From Ginkgo biloba (taxonomy: Eukaryota > Plantae > Ginkgophyta), in assembly GCA_024626585.2 (NCBI GenBank), contig JANKJI020000002.1, positions 121,144,287-121,165,551 of the forward strand: a DNA stretch of 21,265 nucleotides, in the 5' to 3' direction. Below are positions 1 to 8,812 of the stretch, piece by piece. The notes below the pieces were generated by a model. That model worked only from the letters and a program-made list of their open reading frames with translations, had not been told where the DNA came from and made no database searches. Position 1 is the first letter of the stretch; each line of letters begins with the position of its first letter. The translations under genes were made by a program, and so were the position numbers.

Positions 1-946
1 AATATTAATTCTAAAAGTCTTTAAACATTTTTTAATGCATATGGGATACAAGGCTCCTTTATAATTTTTATTAATAACTTCATTCACTTCCCTATATGAA
101 TGTACATATTCAACTTTTTAACCATTAATAAAATTACAAATGGGAATAAAATTTTTGAGATAAATAATTAAAGGAAAAGGACAAAATGTTATTATACATA
201 AAAAAAAGAGTAAAAACCTATTTTATACAATTTTTTAGATATCTCATTTGATTTTCATTATAAAAATAGATTGCTTACATAAGTATACATATTAGTGGGT
301 ATTCAAAGTGACTTTTTAGACTAGGTCGATTTATAAGTGGCCACTCATATAAGTAACTATATTAGAATAATGAAATACAAATTTTGACTAGGAAAAAATA
401 AAGAAAAAAATTATCATAAAAGAAGTCTCCTTAACTTTGAATATAAAACCTTTATGATATTATTACTTACATGTGGACCCCTTACCTTTGACTCTATTAA
501 AGACAAGCGTATAGTTGAAGGGATCCCTTTATTTCTATATAGGAATATTAAGGGGCATGACTAAGCTTGAGAAGAGGACATGATTAGATGTGTGTTAAGT
601 GGAGCAAGAAAAATAAAATTTCATGTCATTGTATTTTTGGCTTATAATTATGAATGGTTGAGATTATCATTCAAAAAGTAAACATTCCAAAATGTACATG
701 GACAACATAAGAAAATGGCTAGGTCCTTATACATTTAAATTCTATAATATTTGATATGCCTTTATATATTTAAATTAGAGGAAACAATATTTAAGTAATA
801 TGTGCATTAAGTTAGCAAAGTTGTTAACGTGATTTATTTGGACTAAAAGAAAATTTAACCTCACATTAACTTGTTAAATCTCAAAAAGAAGATACTATGC
901 TTGCATCTTATTTTTGACATAAGGCTTGATGTCTTTATAAGCATAA

Positions 947-1102
947 GTAATAAATTGATGTATCTTTAAGAGCATCATTAATGATGATTGCATATATCTA
1001 AAAGAACCATGCATAATAACATATAGTTTTAAATGTTATGTGATTCTTATTATATGCATTTGATTAGATTGGTAATAAATTGATGTATCTTTAAGAGCAT
1101 CA
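947..1102. repeat. 31-bp exact direct repeat, two copies (947-977, 1072-1102)
   Basis: GTAATAAATTGATGTATCTTTAAGAGCATCA occurs identically at 947 and 1072, 125 bp apart. Confidence 0.85.
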
Positions 1103-1964
1103 CACAAAAAAGATTAGAGGGTCATGGTTGAATATCGAGCAAGTTGAGATGATATTCTACATGTTATGCTAGTCAAAACAAATGCATATATGTTCCCAAC
1201 TCTTGTTAGTTATCTCGCAAGTTAAGCACATGAACTAAAAATTAATCCTAAGTTATTTTGTCTCCAACAACAACTTTTTTATATTTATCATGCCACATAA
1301 AGATTCCTATATGTAGTGCACAATTCAATAATTTTGTTGACCCGACTTTCATAGGAGCATTAAATTCACTTATTTTTGGAAGACCAATCTTGTCTGATAT
1401 CTATGTGAATCTTCCCTTTATTTATATTTTGCTTACTTTTACAAATCATATTCAAATTCAAGGTCACATATTCTTTCTTTTTTGAACATTAAGGACCGGC
1501 CACCTTTGTGACACTTGTGAAACAGAGCTTTTCTTAAAANNNNNNNNNNNNNNNNNNNNNNNNNNNNNNNNNNNNNNNNNNNNNNNNNNNNNNNNNNNNC
1601 CATATTTTCTTGCCGCCTTGGTCATAGTATTTCTCTTGGAAATGCGATGCGATGAAATATTCTGAGGATTGGAAACCACCCCATGCAACTCATAACATTA
1701 TAATGAAGTTGTGTGTATTGTCCAAAACAATTGTTTTCATGTTGTAGAACAAACAGGGAATAAAACCAAATAAGCCTCGACAAAATTGCATCCAAAGCAG
1801 CATCTTCTACTTGTTTATGACAATCAGATGGACACTACTCACACAATGATATATAGTTACACTACAACACCCACAAANNNNNNNNNNNNNNNNNNNNNNN
1901 NNNNNNNNNNNNNNNNNNNNNNNNNNNNNNNNNNNNNNNNNNTTAAAGTGGCTTCACCTAATGG

Positions 1965-2471
1965 AGTACAAAGATTGCATAGCAACTATTTGATGAAATG
2001 CCTAAAAGAAACGTAGTCTAACAACCTCATGGAGTGCAACAATTTTTGGGTATAGAATGCATGGGCATGGAAAGGGTGCCCTTGGATTTTCTTTCAAAAT
2101 ATAAATGCAATAGATGGATATAAAGCTAAATATTATCACCTTCATTTATTTATTTTTCGTAGATAATCATTTAGGATTGATGGATGAGGGCTAATAACAC
2201 CATTGCAACTTTGTAGTCTAAATGCAAATTATGGAAGTTACACGTCATGCGTTTAATAAAGTGCATAAAAGGGTCTTCACCTCATGGAAAATAACATTTA
2301 TTGGACATGTCTAGAATGGAAATGTCAAAAGTTCTTGTCACTCTTTGATAAAATGTAATAGGCATAAATAAATCCCAACTCAATGAGCATGGTGAATATG
2401 CTCCTAGCATGTATCCTTATAGAAGTTTTGTAACACAGTAGTGGATTCATGGTTACATAATTAAAGGCAGA
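1965..2471 (+). pseudogene. Decayed PLS-class pentatricopeptide repeat (PPR) gene fragments
   Basis: Manual translation across frameshifts: STKIA*QLFDEMPKRNVV / SWSATIFGYRMHGHGKGAL..MQ*MDIKLNIITFIYLFFVDNHLGLMDEG, then MEVTRHAFNKVHKRVFTSWKITFIGHV*NGN / LSLFDKM**A*INPNSMSMVNMLLAC..L*H / WIHGYIIKG. These match the PLS consensus ARQLFDEMPxRNVVSWxAMIxGYxMHGxG..PNxITF..SHAGLVDEG and PNSVTMVSVLPACA..GKWIHGYIIK. Many stops and frameshifts, including an 8-bp insert at 2019-2026. Missed by the ORF track. Confidence 0.88.
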
Positions 2472-3008
2472 ATGAGACGCTACATTGCCCTTATTTGGCA
2501 TCCTAAGTTAAGTTTTAGTTCTAGTTCTACTGATGATAAGCCCAATCTGGTATTGCTAATATTGGCACTTTGCTTCCACTCGGTGTTTAAAGGGATTGCC
2601 ATAGGGGCTGAGGAGAGATAGGGGGATGTATGGAAGGCCCTATGGACAATGTGTTTGCATAAGATATATGTAACAATAGCGATGGGAATAACTCTGTTGA
2701 GAATGATTCCAAACAAGCCATTCTTATCATGTGCATCATATGCATATGCATTTGCAATATCAAGTCCAATAGGGATTGGCATAGGCATAATTATAGATGT
2801 AATACTAGAGGCTCCTATTATAGATTGGATATATGCCATCTCAATTGGTATTGCTTGCAGTGTTTCCATTTACGTTGCCATCAATCATCTCCTTGCCAAA
2901 GGCTACATTCCCCATTTCCCAAATCCTCTCAACAAGCCTTTCTATAAATTCATGGCTATACTTTGGAGAGTTCCAATGATTACAGTGGTGATGATATGGG
3001 ACACATAG
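2472..3008 (+). pseudogene. ZIP11: ZIP-family (ZRT/IRT-like) zinc transporter pseudogene, ZIP11/ZIP2 clade; C-terminal half plus a short possible N-terminal remnant
   Basis: One frame reads ..[130 protein letters not shown]. This matches plant ZIP2/ZIP11 ([29 protein letters not shown], terminal VMIWDT). There is an in-frame TAG at 2619-2621, the metal-site HSVFEG is changed to HSVFKG (2589-2591), and TM1-3 are absent. Confidence 0.9.
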
Positions 3009-4097
3009 GTGCTCTTTCACTCATAAATTGTCTCTGTGTCCAGCAACCAGGATAGTGATTACTCTTTCTGTTGAACAAGCAAACCGGTTTTTGTAACGTG
3101 TGTACAATGGGTAGATTCGTAATGGGTAGATGGGTATTATCTTTTAAGAGGGCACAGTAAATGCTGTTTTTTTGTTGTTTTGAAGACACCATAGCATTCT
3201 ATGAATGCTTTTCATGGAGAATAAAAACGTTTCATAAGTATTTGTATTTCAAGCCCTATTATGAATATAGAATGGTGGAGGTTTCTATGAATAAATGGAT
3301 ATTGATTCTCATCTCTAATATTTTGGGGTGACACATTAAAATTATGAAGTGAATCTTCAAATACCCGGGGAAAGAAATGCAATTTGACAATGATTGAGAC
3401 ATAATGTCTTTGCTAGCATCTCAAGGTGTTTCTTCGGTTTATTGAAATTTACTAAGGCAATTATATTGGAATTTTCCCTTTAGTTTAAGTTTGTTCGTGT
3501 ATGGTCGATGGTTTCAAATAGAGAAAGGAAAATTCGATAAAGAGTGAGTTACATTTAATTCTAATGTAATCAAATAGCTAAAGGAAGAAAATTATGTAAG
3601 TTCAAGTCAATAGTTATATGCAAAGTAAGTAATTATGTATCTATCTATTATCATACTATATAACTAAAAAAACTTGCATCCATCTTTACCCACCCCCCCC
3701 CCCCCTCAGCGCTCTGACAAGAAAATGAGACGCAAATTTATAAATTTTAAAAACTTGAGATCTTCATGAACATAATCTTCCATAATAAGATGCCCAACTA
3801 AGCCCAATTCATACCATTTAATCTTATTGTAAAACTCCCTCATCATCCTTGCTGTCGATTTTGGAAATTGCACAATGGATTTTTTCTGTGTCTGTCTATT
3901 TTGACCCATCACTTTGCATTTTACGCCAAATACAGGTGAATCAGGTTTGAGCAAGGACAATTCCACGACTCCTCTCAAAGATGAAGAAATCTAGACACCA
4001 TTTTCATAAGATTTGGAAGCCCTAGCCAAAAGCCCAGGCACTCCAATCATGTTGCCAAAGATGGGTAATATCTAAGGTGCGCCAAAAATAGAAGAAC

Positions 4098-4210
4098 GGG
4101 ATGGAACAATAACATAGAATAGGAGCAATAACAAAACTAGTCAGAACAATAACAAGGAAAGGGAATGGTAATAGCGAATGGGAATGTGATGGAACGGTAA
4201 TAGGGAATTA
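4098..4210 (+). repeat. Degenerate short interspersed repeat, consensus about GGAACGGTAAC
   Basis: Variants ggaacaataac, ggagcaataac, agaacaataac, ggaatggtaat and ggaacggtaat fall within ~110 bp. Differences are mostly C>T/G>A. Confidence 0.55.
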
Positions 4211-4419
4211 CTATACATTCTAGGTTGTCTTCTCTCCCAAACTAATCTCCTCAAGACTGGAGTCTGAGGTCTTTCCTCAACAAGTTTATCTTCTTCTATT
4301 GATTCATATTCAAATAAAAGATCTTCATCTTTCAACTCAAAGTGCACATTTTCTAGTTTATTCTTCTTTGGTTGTTCTTCCTACTTTAGAGACTTTGTAA
4401 CCTCTCTAAGGATTACATC

Positions 4420-5270
4420 ACGACTATAAAATGTCTTCTATAATTCTAGGTTCCAATACTTGTAACCATTTATACCATCACCATAGACAATAAAGATACA
4501 CTTTTGTACTTTATAATCCAACTTAGTTCTTTTTTCCTTTGGAACATGCACATAAGCTTCACANNNNNNNNNNNNNNNNNNNNNNNNNNNNNNNNNNNNN
4601 NNNNNNNNNNNNNNNNNNNNNNNNNNNNNNNNNNNNNNNNNNNNNNNNNNNNNNNNNNNNNNNNNNNNNNNNNNNNNNNNNNNNNNNNNNNNNNNNNNNN
4701 NNNNNNNNNNNNNNNNNNNNNNNNNNNNNNNNNNNNNNNNNNNNNNNNNNNNNNNNNNNNNNNNNNNNNNNNNNNNNNNNNNNNNNNNNNNNNNNNNNNN
4801 NNNNNNNNNNNNNNNNNNNNNNNNNNNNNNNNNNNNNNNNNNNNNNNNNNNNNNNNNNNNNNNNNNNNNNNNNNNNNNNNNNNNNNNNNNNNNNNNNNNN
4901 NNNNNNNNNNNNNNNNNNNNNNNNNNNNNNNNNNNNNNNNNNNNNNNNNNNNNNNNNNNNNNNNNNNNNNNNNNNNNNNNNNNTCTCGATAAATTATCTA
5001 TAAAAGAAACATAATATAGGGATCCTCCCAATGAGGGCAGAAGCACTATCCCAAACACATCACTATGTATCAGATGCAAAATCCCACCTTCTCTTATAGC
5101 ACTAGTGGAAAACTTTACTTGATTCTATTTACCATATACACAATGTTTAAAAATTAAAAATCTGAGGAGCAATAAAAAATTCTTTCAACCATACCTTTAG
5201 TGTGTAGAGCTTGAAGGCCTTGCTCTCCAATATGGCCCATTATCTTATGATAAAGCATTATCCTCTCAAT
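4420..5270 (-). pseudogene. Copia GAG-pre-integrase and integrase domain (core hidden in the 420-N gap)
   Basis: ORF 4438..5079 has IHSDVFG/YYVSFID before the gap and CEAYVHVPKEKRTKLD after it in the same frame. The 140-codon gap is about the size expected for the missing core. Confidence 0.9.
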
Positions 5271-5429
5271 GAGAAAACGAAGAGATTATGTCTGTTTCAC
5301 TTCTATCCTCACTAATAATAGAATTATTATATCCATTACTCATAGCATTTCAAACTTATATAGCGTTCCATTTTGAAATCCTCTTCCTAACATGATTTCT
5401 CCTCGAATCATCTTACAACTATAGTTTTT

Positions 5430-6322
5430 AAGTGTCACTTATATACCTATATCACTCATTTTACTTACAAATAATAAGTTTCTAGCCAATCCTAGAATGT
5501 GAATAACACTAGGGAGGATTTTAATCCTCCTATATTTGAATCTCACTTTGACTCTTCCATGTCCTATGATTTTATGTGTAGGTCATCTCCTAAGAAGAAA
5601 TCACCTCCATTATAACTTTCATACTTGTAAAACCACTCCCTATAAGGAGTCACATGAAAGGAATCACTGTAGTCAATTAACCATGCATCATGACATGAGT
5701 GTGCACTTGAAGACGCCAAGTATATATTTCCAACTTCATTAGTAGAGGTCTTCATTTCTGTGGAAGAGACAACATTAGGTGCCTTGCCATTTTCAACCTT
5801 TTTAAATTTGCACTACTTCTTAAGATGCCCATTCTTACTGTAATTCTATCATTTCTTTACAAATCTTCCTAGAGATCTAGATTTACCTCTATATTTTGAC
5901 TGTCTATCCCCTGGCCTATACTATTTTTTCTCTGGAGAGCAAACTCTCACAAATAAGTCATCCTTTGTTAGATCCTCAGAGGTTTTTTTCCTAATTTCTT
6001 ATGATAATAAGGATGCTAATGGCCATAACAAGATTATCCCATGCATTTGGCAAAGAGCATAATAGAGTAATACATTTATCTTCTTTAAACATTTTAATAT
6101 CAACACAGGCTAACTAGCTTGCCATAATATTAAACGCATTCAGGTGCTCTACCATAGAGTCGTCATCATTCATCCCGAGGAATACAACTTTTTTCGAAGA
6201 ACTAATTTATTTACTAGGGACTTTTTCTTATACAAAGACCCTAAATTATCCCATAGATCCTTAGTGGTGCTTCTTTAGAGACATTCAACAACACCAAATA
6301 TAAAAGGCATAACCGGATATAG
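5430..6322 (-). pseudogene. Copia gag (UBN2-type), zinc knuckle and aspartic protease, decayed
   Basis: ORF 5564..5755 DAWLIDYSDSFHVTPYREWFYKYESYNGGDFFLGDD (cf. WLIDSGASFHMTPHREWF). Gag motifs at 6020-6320 carry stops and frameshifts. Confidence 0.87.
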
Positions 6323-7555
6323 TGATGGGATAATGAAGTTGAGGTAATTTTCATTTTATTTTAATCTCACAAAATTAGTCAAGAAGCTCAAATTCAATTA
6401 CAAAAGGAGGATAATAATTTAAAGGTGTTAATTTCAAGTGGAACAACAATACATCACTTGACTTCAAGGTGACAAATGATTTGAATTAAACTAAATAAAT
6501 ATTTATGGTTGGGGAAGATGAGAACTAAATGAACTTGATTTGTTGATAGTTAGAAAACTAATAATATGCATGATTTTGCCTTTCTTTTTTATGGACATTG
6601 ATAATAATGTATGTTAGACTTGCACTTAAGTATAGTAGATCATGGGAAAGTGATGGAAAATTATACTTATTTTAATGTTAATCCATAAGACATGATGTTA
6701 TGATAATTATATTCTACCTAACTCACACATAACTCACACATTTGGCCTATTGTTTGAAGATAATTTTTTAAGATGATAAGTTTGTAATAACTTTACTTAT
6801 TTTTCTCTCTTCGTCTTTTCTAGAGCAAGATAACATTTTTCCCCTTTAGGTGCAATTTTTTCCCATAGGATATTATCAACTACAATTGTCATTATTCTCA
6901 TGTTAACTCCATATTATATTCTCATGTAGTTTCATTCTAATTTATATGTTTTAATATGTAGTAGATCTTACTTAGGGCATTAGGTAGGTACCTCTCGTAA
7001 GTAGTTCCATAACACAAGGGTGATATTATTTTCATCAATTCATAATTATTTACAAATGCATAGATATGAATCTTCTTAAAGATTAATAAATCATGAAAAT
7101 TATTTATATAAAAGATAAAAGGGATTTTAGGGAGTATCTTAATTTTATATACAAGTTATTTTATATTAGGAATTACATGCACCAATTTTAAACAATTCAA
7201 TATCATACATCCTCCTATAAATATCTTCATATCTAATAACCAATCTTAGTTACTAAAAAGAAATATTCAATCCATATTGATCATATTATGTTTATACACC
7301 TAGGATACTTATTTTCATAATATATTTACACTATTATTAAATCCATCTTTTAATAACATTTTTTAGTGATATCATACCATATGATACACTGATCTTATAC
7401 TAATATTTTAAAAAAATAAGAATCCACCTATCCCTAATACTATATCTTATGATCCCACCATCATAATCAATTTCATGGTCAACTTGCCTCCTATATAATT
7501 GATTATTATGGTGTATCTCTAGCTCAAGGTCCATCATCATGATTGGACATACTAG
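6321..7555. repeat. Copy 1 of a ~1.3-kb tandem direct duplication
   Basis: Collinear with 7621-8812 throughout, e.g. CATCACTTGACTTCAAGGTGA, TTATACTTATTTTAATGTTAATCCA, GATCTTACTTAGGGCATTAGGT, GGAATTACATGCACCAATTT and CCTCCTATATAATTGAT occur in both. Many substitutions and small indels. Confidence 0.93.
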
Positions 7556-7624
7556 TATATAATATAAACTAAGGATGTTTCAAACAATTAGTATATAGTA
7601 TAAAGTAAGGATACTTGAAATAGT
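7553..7624. repeat. ~36-bp tandem dimer at the junction of the two large copies
   Basis: tagtatataatataaactaaggatgtttcaaacaat followed by tagtatatagtataaagtaaggatacttgaaatagt. Confidence 0.7.
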
Positions 7625-8812
7625 AGCGAGCTAATGAAGTTCAAGTAATTATCATTTATACTAATCTCACAAAATTATTTAGGAAGCTCAAATTCCATTA
7701 CAAAAGGAGAATAATTATTTAATAGTGTTGTCTTCAAGTGGCACAACACTACATCACTTGACTTCAAGGTGATAAATGATTTGAATTAAACTAAATAATT
7801 TTTTATCGTCTAGGAAGATGAAACCTAAATGAAGTTGATTTGTCAATAGTTATAAAACTAATAGTGTTCATGGTTTTTCCTTTCCATTTTATGGACATTG
7901 ATAATGATGTATGTTAGATATGCACCTAAGTATAGTAGAGGATGGGAAAGGGATGGTGAATTATACTTATTTTAATGTTAATCCAAAAGATGTGATGTTG
8001 TGAAAATTATATTTTACCTAACTCACACATCATACCTATTGTTTAAACATAATTGTTTAATATGATAAGTTTGTAATAACTTTATTTATTTATCTCTTCA
8101 TGTTTTTTGGAGAAAGATAACATTTTCCCCTTTACGTGTAACTTTTTCCCATCGTATATTATCACTTAAAATTTTATTATTCTTTTTCTAACTCCATATT
8201 CTATATTTATGTAGTTTCATTTGAATTTATATGTTTTAAGATGTAATAGATCTTACTTAGGGCATTAGGTGGGCACCTCTCGTAAGTTGTTTCATAACAC
8301 ATGGGTGATGTTATTTACAAATTCATAGATATGAATCTTCTTAAAGATTCATAAATAATGAAAATTATATATATACACGATAAAAGGGATTTTGGGGACT
8401 ATCTTAATTTTATCTATGAGTTATTTTATATCAGGAATTACATGCACCAATTTCAAACAATTAAACAACATGTGTCCTCCTATAAATATCTTCATATCTA
8501 ATAACCAATCTTAATTGCTAAAACTTGAAGTATTCAATCTCTATTGATCATATTATCTTTATACACCTATAATGCTTATTTTCATAATATATTTATACTA
8601 TTATTGAAGCCATCTTTTAATAACATTTTAAAGTGATATCAAACCATATGATGCATTGATTTTATACTAAAATTTAAGAAAATAAGAATCCACCCATCCC
8701 TAATACTATATTTTGTGGGCCCACCATCATGATCAATTTCATGGTCAACATACCTCCTATATAATTGATCATAATGGTGGACCGTAAGCTTAAGGTCCAT
8801 CATTATTAATTA
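7621..8812. repeat. Copy 2 of the ~1.3-kb tandem direct duplication
   Basis: Starts tagtagcgagctaatgaagttcaagtaatt (copy 1: agtgatgggataatgaagttgaggtaatt) and ends aaggtccatcattattaatt (copy 1: aaggtccatcatcatgatt). Confidence 0.93.

Larger units (their letters stand above)
4212..6322 (-). mobile_element. Ty1/copia (Tnt1-like) LTR retrotransposon internal fragment, decayed, truncated at both ends
   Basis: Minus-strand order is gag (DLWDNLGSLY..KSLVNKL..; EHLNAFN; LPNAWDNLVMAI), knuckle (GHLKK*C), protease (WLIDYSDSFHVTPYREWF), GAG-pre-integrase (HKIMGHIGEQGL), integrase (LIHSDVFG..SLGGSLYYVSFID; CEAYVHVPKEKRTKLD..KCIF..GYKYWN), then linker (LRRLVWERRQPRMY, cf. LRRSTRERRQPERY). INT directly after PR is the copia order. 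No RT, RNase H or LTR is seen. Confidence 0.93.

Noticed and set aside
1464-1940. Short ORFs and a hydrophobic stretch (YFLAALVIVFLL) around two N-gaps
   Set aside because: No recognisable family. ORF lengths are inflated by Ns.
1-1960. Zinc-deficiency response element (RTGTCGACAY) or a ZIP promoter
   Set aside because: No match was seen, and the sequence upstream of the ZIP piece is PPR-derived.
2480-2947. ORFs 2480..2869(-), 2587..2769(-) and 2729..2947(+, CICICICN)
   Set aside because: Shadow frames of the ZIP coding sequence. The Cys/His/Met runs come from its GCATAT repeats (AYAYAF).
2649-3008. 119-aa ORF as a functional stand-alone ZIP gene
   Set aside because: It starts at an internal Met after an in-frame stop, lacks TM1-4, and the upstream metal motif is mutated.
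4504-5003. Plus-strand ORFs 4504..4992 and 4539..5003
   Set aside because: Almost entirely N-gap and antisense to the integrase.
6321-8812. The two 1.3-kb copies as paired LTRs or a CRISPR-like array
   Set aside because: No PBS or PPT in the spacer, no consistent TG..CA termini, and no repeat-spacer periodicity. The context is eukaryotic.
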